Assembly: GCA_965242695.1 (NCBI GenBank)
Contig: CBDESU010000001.1
Coordinates: 1,568,001-1,632,000 of the forward strand
Length of the DNA: 64,000 bases
Direction of reading: 5' to 3'
Source of the DNA: Cenarchaeum sp.
GTDB taxonomy: Archaea > Thermoproteota > Nitrososphaeria > Nitrososphaerales > Nitrosopumilaceae
The notes beneath the pieces were generated by a model. The model ran no database searches and was not told where the DNA came from. It was given only the letters and a program-made list of their open reading frames with translations. The position numbers were made by a program, and so were the translations under genes. Position 1 is the stretch's first letter. Each line of letters starts with the position of its first letter. Below, in pieces: positions 30,354-40,329 of this stretch.

Positions 30354-30935
30354 ATGCTGGAGGCGTTCATGCGGTTCCTCATAGACAACGGCCTGCTCGG
30401 CCGCGAGGCCCCGGTCGGCGACGAGCAGTGGCTTGACGAGCTGACAGTTGTGGGATCCTGCATGGCCATAGCAGGCAGGCTCGGGCTGGAGCACGGGTAC
30501 GTGTTCAAGAGGCTCTGGTACGGCCCCCAGTCGGAAAGGCTGGACGACGAGTTCGAGGAGGGGGCGGGGCCGCGGGCGCGCGCCGGGCTCGGAGGGGCCG
30601 CGCCGCCCCTGCCGGCCGGCTTTGACGCGGAGCGGTTCCTGCGCCTGGCAGGCGGCAGGGATCTCGGGTGGCTAAAGGCCGCAGCCTACCTGATCCTGTC
30701 GAGCCATGCGAGGCCAAACGCAGAGGAGCTGGCCGAGCTGGTCGGCGAGAACTCGGGCGAGTGGCCCACCAAGTACTGCCTCGGCATAGTAGAGGAGATG
30801 ACCTCGCCCGACATCGGCATCGTGCTAGACTACGACAAGTACTCGTACGACGACCCGTGGCAGCCAGAGGTGGCGTCGGCGACGCACCGGCCTAGGATCG
30901 CCGCGGCCCTCTCCATCCCCGCCGCTGCCGGATAG
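30354..30935 (+). CDS. YwgA/Panacea-like protein, array copy 4
   Basis: 658-bp repeat period. Confidence 0.65.
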   Translation: MLEAFMRFLIDNGLLGREAPVGDEQWLDELTVVGSCMAIAGRLGLEHGYVFKRLWYGPQSERLDDEFEEGAGPRARAGLGGAAPPLPAGFDAERFLRLAGGRDLGWLKAAAYLILSSHARPNAEELAELVGENSGEWPTKYCLGIVEEMTSPDIGIVLDYDKYSYDDPWQPEVASATHRPRIAAALSIPAAAG

Positions 30936-31011
30936 CGGGGCATGCCGGGCGGAGTCACGTCGAGGCCCGCCGCGCAAACCGATATAGCCCACCCCGCTGT
31001 GCGGCCCGACC

Positions 31012-31595
31012 ATGCTGGAGGCGTTCATGCGATTCCTCATAGACAATGGCCTGCTCGGCCGCGAGGCCCCGGTCGGCGACGAGCAGTGGCTTGACGAGCT
31101 GACAGTGGTGAGCTCGTGCACGGCCATAGCAGGCAGGCTCGGGCTGGAGCACGGGTACATGTTCAAGGGGATCTGGTACGGTCCCCGGTCGGAAAGGCTA
31201 GAAGACGAGTTCGAGGATGGGGCGGGGCCGCGGGCGCGCGCCGGGCTCGGAGGGGCCGCGCCGCCCCTGCCGGCCGGCTTTGACGCGGAGCGGTTCCTGC
31301 GGCTGGCAGGCGGCAGGGATCTCGAGTGGCTAAAGGCCGCATCCTACCTGATCCTGTCGAGCCATGCGCGGCCCAACGCGGAAGAGCTGGCCGAGCTGGT
31401 CGGCGGGAACTCGGACGTGTGGCCCGTCAAGTACTGCCTCGACATAGTCGAGAAGATGACCTCGCCCGACATCGGCATCGTACTCGACTACACAAGTACT
31501 CGTACGACGACCCGTGGCAGCCAGAAGTGGCGTCGGCGACGCACCGGCCCAGGATCGCAGCGGTTCCCCTGGCCGCCCCGGCCGCGGCCGGGCAG
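31012..31595 (+). pseudogene. YwgA/Panacea-like array copy 5, frameshifted near the 3' end
   Basis: GACTACACAAG versus GACTACGACAAG in other copies (1-nt deletion near 31491); homologous stop is CAG. Confidence 0.6.
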
Positions 31596-32206
31596 CGTGG
31601 CATTCTGGCAGATCACCGTAGAGGCGCCGCCGCGGGCCGCGTGCAGTCTGCGGCAGATATGCGCTAGACGGTCTTCCCGCCCCTCCCGCCCCCCCCCCCC
31701 CCCCCGCCGTCGGCTGGCGCCCGGGGCGCCTCTTCCTGACCGGGCGCGACGACGATCCCGCCCCTGCGCATACGGAAGGTTGTCCTGGACGTCCTGGCAC
31801 AGCATGCCGATGAGCGGCATCGGCATTGTGCTTTGATAGATGCGGTTCCCGCACATGTTCACGCTGACGGCCATTCTGTCGTGCCGCCTTCCACCTTGGC
31901 ATGCTAGGGGCCGGGCAGCGGCGGGGACGGGCACGGTGGCCCGGCGCCTGCCAGGGCCGCGCGCATGTTCGCGGAGGGGCGGAACGCGCGGACGGCGCAG
32001 GTCCAGAACGGCAGGCGGCGCCGGCTGCGGTTCCACGGCATCGGTAGGTGCTCGGCCGGCCCGCGCGGCCCTGCCGGCCGCAGGGCCGGCTCTTCAAGGC
32101 ATTCCCCGGACGCCGGCGCCTCCATGATGCGCCCCGCGCGGCATGCCCTGGCCGCGCGGCGGGCGCCGTCGGCCGATGCCGGCCGCAGGCTGCGCGCGGC
32201 CCCAGG

Positions 32207-33259
32207 CTATGCCGACCTTGCCCGGAACTCGCGGATGCCGAATATCTGGAAGGGAAACTGCGTGACCGTCCGCTCGAGCGCCTCGCGCATCCGCCTCTTT
32301 CGCTCCTCTGCCGAGAGGCCCTCTAGGGGGCACATGCCGACGAGCGGCGTATTCTCGATCGGCACGAGCCGCCCGTCGCCGCACTCGTGCTCGGGCGCGC
32401 ACCCGACGCAGTACATGTAGTCCCTGCTGTTCTCGATGCACGTGCAGCACGCCTTTGTCGCATCCTCGGCGTGGCACGAGCTGCACTCGTACTCTACGGG
32501 ATCGTTGCGCGCAAGGAGCCCGATCGGAGAGTCCATCCCGGCGCTGCTCGCCTCGGCGTACGCCGTGATCTTGATCTCCAGCCGCTCGACAGAGTCGAAC
32601 GTGTACCAAAAGCTCGACTTGTGCTGTATGATGTCGCGCAGCGGGACGCTCATGGGGCGCGACTCGTCGAGCCCCCTGCGCATCATCTGGTACAGCATGT
32701 AGCGCGGATCGTCGTCGTCGTCGTCGTCGTCGTACCCGTAGTCCTCGTCGTCGTCGTCCTCGTCGTCGTCCTCGTCGTACTCGTCGCCGTCCCCGCCGTC
32801 GGTGTCGGAAAAGACCTCGCCGCGCACGATGAAGCGGCTCTGGTGCTCGGGACAGCATACGGCCCACGCCTCGCGGAGCAGCTCGTCAAGGTCGGACAGG
32901 GTCGCCATTATATGCGCCCGCAGGAACATCCAGTAGTCGGGCCGGTTCGGGTCGGTCAGCTTTAGGATCAGCGCATCCCGGTTCGGCGGGGCCGGCGGCG
33001 TGGCATCTTCCTCCTCCTCGTCCACCGCCAGCCCGCCGGCGCCCTTTTTTCGGGACCCCTTGCCCTTGCCCTTCCCCTTGGGCTTGGCCTTGGCCTTGGG
33101 CTTTGCCTTCTTGGCCGGCTTTTCCGGGCCGGCGGTGATCTTCATGTCTATGTGCTTCTTGAGGTGGGTGCCCATCCTGGCGCCGTCTACCTTTTCGTCG
33201 CACCACGCGCAGCGCCCGTCGGACAACGCGCGGCGGCCCGATCCGCCACTATAATACAA
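32207..33259 (-). CDS. pRiA4b ORF3-like protein with Cys clusters and acidic insert
   Basis: ATLSDLDELLREAW..CC..H.S.F, LLARNDP...C..C, ENTPLVGMC. Confidence 0.7.
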   Translation of the reverse strand: MYYSGGSGRRALSDGRCAWCDEKVDGARMGTHLKKHIDMKITAGPEKPAKKAKPKAKAKPKGKGKGKGSRKKGAGGLAVDEEEEDATPPAPPNRDALILKLTDPNRPDYWMFLRAHIMATLSDLDELLREAWAVCCPEHQSRFIVRGEVFSDTDGGDGDEYDEDDDEDDDDEDYGYDDDDDDDDPRYMLYQMMRRGLDESRPMSVPLRDIIQHKSSFWYTFDSVERLEIKITAYAEASSAGMDSPIGLLARNDPVEYECSSCHAEDATKACCTCIENSRDYMYCVGCAPEHECGDGRLVPIENTPLVGMCPLEGLSAEERKRRMREALERTVTQFPFQIFGIREFRARSA

Positions 33260-33318
33260 TGCGGTTTGCCCGGGGCCGCAGACCGGCGCGCCGCCGGCGC
33301 CGCCCGCCCCCTGCGGGC

Positions 33319-33696
33319 CTAGGCGCCCGACGCCATCGACTTTATCGCGTTGACCAGGTCGATCTTGGCCTTTAGGGGCATCTCTGGCTCTACCGTCACG
33401 AATATGGTGTACCGGCTCGTGTACACGACCAGCTGCGAGACCTTTTCGCGCTCGACATGGACGTAGCGCACCTTGCCGAGCGTGCGGTCAAACTCCTTGC
33501 GCATCTGGCGGCGCTGCGCGACCTGGCGGCAAAAGTGCTCTTCCTCCTTTTGCGACTCGAGCGAGGCCTTGCCCTTTTTCATAATCCCCTCTACGATGTC
33601 GCCCTTTGGGTTGATGATGGCCACAAAGCGCATCTTTGGGCTCCGCTCGATGATCTTCTCGGCCATCTTGAGCAGTGCCGCCTTTCCCGCCGCCAC
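33319..33696 (-). CDS. Roadblock/LC7-like thaumarchaeal protein
   Basis: MRFVAIIN..G, R..FD..LGKVRY..VEREKV pattern. Confidence 0.7.
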   Translation of the reverse strand: MAAGKAALLKMAEKIIERSPKMRFVAIINPKGDIVEGIMKKGKASLESQKEEEHFCRQVAQRRQMRKEFDRTLGKVRYVHVEREKVSQLVVYTSRYTIFVTVEPEMPLKAKIDLVNAIKSMASGA

Positions 33697-33729
33697 GCGG
33701 GGCGCGCCCCGCGCGCAGGTTATAACCCT

Positions 33730-34146
33730 TTATCGGCGCAGGCGCGGCAGCAGGCCCGCGACAAGCCCCGCGTACTCGTCGTCCGAGAACATGGTGACCG
33801 CCGGCCGCTCCCTCGAGTCGGCCGACCGGACGGCGTCAAGGTGGTAGCACGAGCCGGCGCCGCCCCTGAGCAGCGCGAACCTGAACGCGGGGCACGAGCA
33901 GTAGCCGCGATCGGGGTCGACCCAGTGCTCCTCGCCCTCGCCGACGACCGTCCAGACGCGCCGGCCGCTCGGCTCGAACGCATGCATCTTTACGCCTCCG
34001 CCGTCGGCTATCCTGCCCGCCCTTGCTGCCTTGGAGGGCGCGCCTGCGCGCCGCGGCCGCGCCGTCCGCGCCGCCCGCTGCGCCTGCGGCCCCGGCGGCC
34101 CCCCGCCGGCGCGCTGCGCCGCGGCATCCGCGGTACCGGACGACAT
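33730..34146 (-). CDS. SWIM zinc-finger protein
   Basis: YCSCPAF...CYHL. Confidence 0.8.
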   Translation of the reverse strand: MSSGTADAAAQRAGGGPPGPQAQRAARTARPRRAGAPSKAARAGRIADGGGVKMHAFEPSGRRVWTVVGEGEEHWVDPDRGYCSCPAFRFALLRGGAGSCYHLDAVRSADSRERPAVTMFSDDEYAGLVAGLLPRLRR

Positions 34147-34236
34147 GCGGGCGCGGGGCGGCCCCGCTATAAAAGGGGGATTCGGGCCGTGCGGGGCGTG
34201 CCGGCGGGAGGGGAAGGCGGGCGGGCCGTGGCCAGG

Positions 34237-35016
34237 ATGCTCGCCCCCCGCCCCGCCCTGCTGCTGGAGGGGAGGCGGCGGCTCTTGGCCGTGTCCGACC
34301 TGCACATCGGGCTAGAGGACGGCCTGGCCGCCAACGACATACACGTCGACCCGTCGGGTACGGCCGACGAGGCCATATCCGACATGCAGGAGGCAGTGCG
34401 CGAGGCCCGCCCCGACGCGCTCGTCATTCTCGGCGACGTCAGGTCGGGGACGCGCTCCATATCGGCCGCCGAGTGGGACGGCGTGCCGAGGTTTCTCGAG
34501 GCGGCCCAGAGGGCGGCCGGCTCTGTCATCCTCGTGCCCGGCAACCACGACTCGAACATTGCAAGGCTCGCCCCCGACGGGGTGTCGCTGACGAGCCCCG
34601 CCGGGACGGTCCTCGAGGGCTCGCTCCTCACGCACGGGCATGCCATGCCGTCGGACAACCTCGCGTGGGTCGGCAGGATAGTCATGGGCCACCTGCACCC
34701 CGTGTTCGCCAGCGAGGGATCGCTGCTCGACGGCGAGCGCGTGTGGGTCTCGGTCCGTACGGACAGGTCGGCCGTGTTCCCGTCGCGATCGGGCCCGCTG
34801 GAGGTCACCGTACTGCCGTCTTTCAGCAGGCACCTGCACCGGGGCGGGCGGCGCGGGCCGAGGGGGCGCAGGGGGCGGCGCGGCAGGTCGATCTCGCCGA
34901 TAATGGAGAGGATTGCGGCGGCGTGGCGGCGGGGCAGCCCGGGGGTCTCGGCCAGGATTGCGACGCTGGAGGGGGCCGTGATCGGCGACGAGTCGTCCCT
35001 CGGCTGCGTGCTGTGA
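34237..35016 (+). CDS. Calcineurin-like metallophosphoesterase
   Basis: SDLHIG, LGD, GNHD, THGH, GHLHP; start may be GTG 34198 or 34228. Confidence 0.88.
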   Translation: MLAPRPALLLEGRRRLLAVSDLHIGLEDGLAANDIHVDPSGTADEAISDMQEAVREARPDALVILGDVRSGTRSISAAEWDGVPRFLEAAQRAAGSVILVPGNHDSNIARLAPDGVSLTSPAGTVLEGSLLTHGHAMPSDNLAWVGRIVMGHLHPVFASEGSLLDGERVWVSVRTDRSAVFPSRSGPLEVTVLPSFSRHLHRGGRRGPRGRRGRRGRSISPIMERIAAAWRRGSPGVSARIATLEGAVIGDESSLGCVL

Positions 35017-35097
35017 CTGACATCTGATGCCGGGCGGCTCGCGTGCGCGCGATGCAGAGGCGCCGGCGGCCCGGCCGCAGGGGCGGGCGCGGGCGGG

Positions 35098-35474
35098 ACG
35101 GCGATCGCATCTTCGCGGCAGTGTGCGGGCGGAACTCGGCGGAGGACGGGGCGACGTGCAGGACCGTACGGCGATCGCATCTTCGCGGCAGTGCGCGGGC
35201 GGAACTCGGCGGAGGACGGGGCGACGTGCAGGACCGTACGGCGATCGCATCTTCGCGGCAGTGTGCGGGCGGAACTCGGCGGAGGACGGGGCGACGTGCA
35301 GGACCGTACGGCGATCGCATCTTCGCGGCAGTGTGCGGGCGGAACTCGGCGGAGGACGGGGCGACGTGCAGGACCGTACGGCGATCGCATCTTCGCGGCA
35401 GTGTGCGGGCGGAACTCGGCGGAGGACGGGGCGACGTGCAGGACCGTACGGCGATCGCATCTTCGCGGCAGTGC
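35098..35474. repeat. Tandem repeat, 70-bp unit x about 5.3
   Basis: GCGATCGCATCTTCGCGGCAG recurs at 35101, 35171, 35241, 35311, 35381, 35451; one substitution seen. Confidence 0.95.
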
Positions 35475-35492
35475 GCCGCTGCCGGCCCGCCG

Positions 35493-38400
35493 TCAGGTCT
35501 GGGCGGGCGCCGAGGCGGCATCGTCGGGCGGCGCAGGCGGCTGCGCCGGCCGCGGGGCCGGATCGCCGCCTGCGCTGTCCCGGTACGGCTCGATCGGCAG
35601 CCGCGTCGTCTCGTTGCCGCGCAGCCACTCTAGCGTGCGCGCGAACGACTCGGCCAGCTCGGGAGTCGTGAGGACCGGCACGCCGAGCTCGAGCGCCTTG
35701 CGCCGTATCTGGTACTCGTCGTAGAGCATGCCGACGTACTTTTCGAGCGTAGAGGTGCTCGGCACGTTTACGATAAAGTCGATCTCGCGGCCGTGCAGCA
35801 GGTCGGCGATGTTCGGCTTGCGGTCCGGCTCGCTGATCTTGTGGACTATGCGCACGCCGGGTATCTTTTCGCGCAAAAACTCGGCCGTATGCTCGGTCGC
35901 AAGTATGCCAAAGCCGAGCGAGTCGAGGAGGGCGACGGTCGGCAGGAGCCGCTCCTTGTTCTCGGTGCCGCCTATGGTCACGAGCGCCGTGCCAGACCGC
36001 GGCAGGCTGTACCCGACCGACGTGAGCCCCTTTGAGAGGGCGTCGTAAAAGCTCGTCCCAAAGCATGCGGCCTCGCCGGTCGACTGCATCTCGACGCCGA
36101 GGACCATGTCGGCCCCGTCGAGCTGCATGAACGAGAACTGCGGCACCTTTATGCCGTAGGTCGGGATGCGCCGCCAGTGGTCGTCGGGCACGGGCGGCAG
36201 GGCCTCGCCGAGGACGGCGCGGGCGGCAAGGTAGATCAGGTTGGTGCGGACGAGCTTTGAGACGAACGGCATCGAGCGCGATGCGCGTATGTTCAGCTCT
36301 ATGACGTACGGCTGCCCGTCGAGGACCAGAAACTGGAGGTTGAACGGCCCGCGCACGCGGAACGCCGTCGCGATCCTCCTCGTATAGTCGGATATGGTGT
36401 CGACTGCGCTGTTGCTGAGGCGCCACGGCGGTATGCACATCATCGCGTCGCCCGAGTGGACGCCGGCGCTGTCGATGTGCTCTACGATGGCGCCGATCAC
36501 GACGTTTCTTCCGTCGCAGACGCCGTCGACGTCCACCTCTAGCGCGCCGAGCATGAACTTTGATATGACGACGGGGTGGTCCGGGGACACGGACGTCGCC
36601 TGCCCGACGTACTTTTTGAGCTCGCCCGGCGACCAGACGACCTTCATCGCTGCCCCGCTGAGCACGTACGACGGCCGCACTATGACGGGGTAGCCGACGC
36701 GGCGCGCAAACTCGCGCGCGCCGGCGATGTCCGAGAACGCCTGCCACGGCGGCTGCCGTATGTGCAGCGAGTCGAGGACGGCGCTGAACTTTGAGCGGTC
36801 CTCGGCCGCATCGACGTCGGCTGGGCCCGTGCCGATGATCTCGATGCCGCTTGCGGCAAGGGCCGGCGTGAGGTTGTTTGCCACCTGCCCGCCGACGCAC
36901 GTGACGACGCCCCTCGGCGACTCGAACTCGGCGATGTCCATTATGCGCTCGTGCGTGATCTCCTCAAAGTACAGGCGGTCGCACACGTCGTAGTCGGTCG
37001 ATACGGTCTCGGGGTTGCAGTTGACGACGGCGATGCTCTTCTCGCCGCGCTCCCGCAGGCCCCACACCATGTTTACGGTGCCCCAGTCGAACTCTACGCT
37101 GCTGCCTATGCGGTACGGGCCGGCGCCGAGCACGACGATGCCGCGCCGGCCGGGGGGCGCGGACACGTCGTCCGAGGAGCCACCGTACGTCACGTACAGG
37201 TAGTTTGTGCGGGCCGGCCACTCGGCGGCTAGCGTGTCGATCTGCTTTACCGACGGTATGATCCCGGCGGCCTTGCGGGCCCGCCGCACGTCCGACTCGG
37301 CGGCGGACGCGGCGCGCGCGATCTGCGCGTCCGAAAAGCCGAGGCGCTTGGCGCGGCGCAGCGTGTCGGGAGGCGGGATGGACGGGGCGGCAGAGGGGGC
37401 CGCAGAGGCCGGCGAAGAGCCGCCCGCCGCCGACGCGGCGGCGGACGGCGCCGGGCGGCCGGCGCCGCCCCCGCCGAGCTCGACGCCCATGCGCACTATA
37501 TTGGCGATCTTTTCGACGAACCAGGGGTCGATTGCGGACAGGCCGCGTATGCGGGCCACGGGCATTCCCCTCCGCAGCGCCTCGGCCACATGGTGGAGGA
37601 TCATGTCGTCGTGGTGCGCGAGCCTGTCCTCGAGCTCCTCGTCTGACAGGCTTCCGGCGCCGCCGGCGGCATCGCGGTTCAGGACCATGCCGTCGCAGCC
37701 GATGCCGAGCATGCGGACGGCCTTTTGGAGCGACTCTTCAAACGTGCGGCCGATGGCCATGACCTCGCCGACCGACTTCATCGTCACGCCGAGCCTTCGG
37801 TTGACGCGCTCGAACTTTGCAAAGTCCCAGCGCGGGTGCTTGCAGACCACATAGTCGAGGGACGGCTCAAAGCACGCCGTCGTCGAGCGCGTAATGTTGT
37901 TGGCAAGCTCGGGCAGCGAGTGGCCGAGCCCGATCTTGGCGGACATGTACGCGAGCGGGTAGCCGGTCGCCTTGCTGGCAAGGGCCGACGAGCGCGACAG
38001 GCGCGGGTTTATCTCGATTGCGGCGTACCGGTCGGACTCTGTGTCGAGGGCGTACTGGATGTTGCACTCGCCGACGATTCCGACGTGCCGAGTGGCCCGC
38101 AGCGCGGCCGAGCGCATCGCGTGGTACTCGGAGTTGTCTATGGTCTGCGACGGGGCCACGACGATGTTGTCGCCGGTGTGCACCCTCATCGACAGCACGT
38201 TCTCCATGTTGCATACGATGACGTTGTTGCCAGCGCCGTCGCGCATCACCTCGTACTCTATCTGCTTCCAGTCGCCGACGTACTCCTCTACGAGGACCTG
38301 GCCGACGAGGCTTGCGTTTATTCCGCGCCCGACGATCTCGTGCAGCTCGATCTCGTTGTGCGCGATTCCGCCGCCCTTGCCGCCGAGAGTGTACGCCACC

Positions 38401-38928
38401 CGGACTATGACGGGATAGCCGAGCTCGGCGGCCGCCTCGCGCGCGCCGGCAAAGTCCGTCACCGTGCGGCTGCGGAGGACGGGTACGCCGCACTCTGTCA
38501 TGGAGTCCTTGAACAGCTGCCTGTCCTCGGTCCGGCGTATGCCGGACACGGGCGTGCCGAGGACGCGCACGCCGTACCGCTCGAGCGCGCCGGACTCGTC
38601 GAGGCCGACGCCGCAGTTTAGGGCCGTCTGCCCGCCGTACGCGAGCATGAGGCCGTCAGGCCGCTCGGACTCTATGATCGACTCTACGTACTCGGGCGTG
38701 ACGGGCAGCAGGTAGACGCGGTCGGCGAACCGCGTGTCCGTCTGGATGGTCGCCACGTTGGGGTTGACGAGCACGCTCTGCACGCCGTCCTCGCGTATGG
38801 CCTTGAGGCACTGGCTGCCGGAGTAGTCGAACTGGCGGCCGCCGTACGCGGCTCTCGCCGGCCTCTCCGATCTTGATGGCCCCGCTGCCTAGCACGAGCA
38901 CCTTTCCGGGCGCCTCTGCCCTAGCCAG
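35493..38928 (-). CDS. carB: Carbamoyl-phosphate synthase large subunit, two exons (38928-38854 and 38831-35493)
   Basis: KVLVLGSGAIKIGEAGE joined to FDYSGSQ after removing 22 nt; two ATP-grasp halves (NPRLSRSSALASKATGYP, NCNPETVSTDYD); MGS domain. Confidence 0.95.
38832..38853 (-). other. Putative 22-nt bulge-helix-bulge-type intron in carB
   Basis: mRNA GGCG-AG^A-GCCGC-GUACG-GCGGC-CGCC-AG^U; cuts after the 2nd nt of each bulge restore GAG UUC GAC. Confidence 0.8.
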
Positions 38929-40159
38929 ACCCGGCCGCCCCCGCGGCGTGCGCGGCCCTGCCGTCGTTCATCATGAGCGCGCCGAGCCGCTCAAATATGA
39001 ACCTGCAATCGTATGGGCCCGGCGAGGCCTCGGGGTGGAACTGGACGGCGATGCAGCGGCGCGACCGGTGGCGTATGCCCTCGACGGTGCGGTCGTCCGT
39101 GTTGGAGAACCACAGGTCAAAGTCGGTCCCGCCGAGCGAGTCGGGGTCTATGCAGTAGCCGTGGTTCTGGCTAGTGACGTACACCTGGCCGTCGTCCAGG
39201 TTGAGGCACGACTTGTTCTGGCCGCGGTGGCCGTACTTTAGCTTGTACGTGCGCGCGCCGCCGGCAAGCCCGATGATCTGCGCGCCGAGGCATATGCCGA
39301 GGGTCGGCACGTCGCCGTCGATGAGCGCCCTTGCGGTCTCGATCGTGGCCGCGCAGCGCTGCGGGTCGCCCGGCCCGTTGCTAATGACGACGCCCGACGG
39401 GTCCATCGCCATGATGCGGCCTGCGGGCGTGTCCCACGGCACCCTGACGACGCCGTACCCGAGCCGGCGCACGCTGCGTATGATGGCGTTCTTTGCGCCC
39501 GTGTCGATGACGACGACGGGGCCGCGCGCGGCGGCGCCCGGGGGAGGGGGGGCATCGGCAGGGGCGGGCTGATCGGGGCGGGCAGGCGGCTGCCCGGGCG
39601 GCGAGGCCCGCACGCCGTACCGCACGTCCGAGGCCGTCGAGACCTCGCCCATAAACTCCTCAGAGTCGTAGCGCCGCGCGGCGGCGAGGCCCTCGCGGAC
39701 CGCATCCGCATCGACTTTTTCGCCCGGGGCGGCGACGGCGAGCGCGGCCATCATGACGCCGCCCTCGCGCAGCCGCTTTGTCAGGGCCCTCGTGTCGATT
39801 CCCGATATGCCGGGGACGCCGTGCCCGTGCAGCCACTCGTCGAGCGTCATCGACAGCCTCCAGTGGCTCGCCGTCAGGGACAGCTCGTGGACGACGAGGC
39901 CTCGCGCCTGTATGCGGTCCGACTCGAAGTGCCGCGGTATGCCGTCCTCGTCCCTGTCGGCGGGGTCTGGGACGCCGTAGTTTCCCACGAGGGGGTACGT
40001 GAGGGTGAGCAGCTGGCCGCGGTACGACGGGTCGGTGAGCGTCTCTGTATAGCCGACCATTCCGGTGTTGAAGACTAGCTCGCCGTGCGCGGTAGTCGGG
40101 CTTCCGAACCCCTCGCCCCCGAGGACGGTGCCGTCGTCGAGTACGAGCGCCGCGTCCAT
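38921..40159 (-). CDS. carA: Carbamoyl-phosphate synthase small subunit
   Basis: GELVFNTGMVGY, SNGPGDP, GICLG, SQNHGY, QFHPEA. Confidence 0.97.
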   Translation of the reverse strand: MDAALVLDDGTVLGGEGFGSPTTAHGELVFNTGMVGYTETLTDPSYRGQLLTLTYPLVGNYGVPDPADRDEDGIPRHFESDRIQARGLVVHELSLTASHWRLSMTLDEWLHGHGVPGISGIDTRALTKRLREGGVMMAALAVAAPGEKVDADAVREGLAAARRYDSEEFMGEVSTASDVRYGVRASPPGQPPARPDQPAPADAPPPPGAAARGPVVVIDTGAKNAIIRSVRRLGYGVVRVPWDTPAGRIMAMDPSGVVISNGPGDPQRCAATIETARALIDGDVPTLGICLGAQIIGLAGGARTYKLKYGHRGQNKSCLNLDDGQVYVTSQNHGYCIDPDSLGGTDFDLWFSNTDDRTVEGIRHRSRRCIAVQFHPEASPGPYDCRFIFERLGALMMNDGRAAHAAGAAGSG

Positions 40160-40329
40160 GCCCGCGTAGCGGGCCTCTTTTGTTGGAATGTCCGACCCCC
40201 CGCCCGGCGCGCCGCCGGCGAGCTATGTATATCGTGGGGCGGCCCGGCGGCGCGATGCGGGGCTCGCCCGGGTCAAGGCCGGGCGCACTGGCAGGTTAAT
40301 AGCAGGGCGCCGCGCGCGGGTGGACGGCA

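Noticed and set aside
24561-31600. Diversity-generating retroelement behind the variable array
   Set aside because: Differences are not adenine-specific, and no reverse transcriptase or template repeat is present
35098-35474. CRISPR array
   Set aside because: The whole 70-bp unit repeats; there are no unique spacers and no cas genes in the window
35493-38928. carB as a simple frameshift pseudogene
   Set aside because: The only lesion is an insert with exact endonuclease-cut geometry; the rest of carAB is intact
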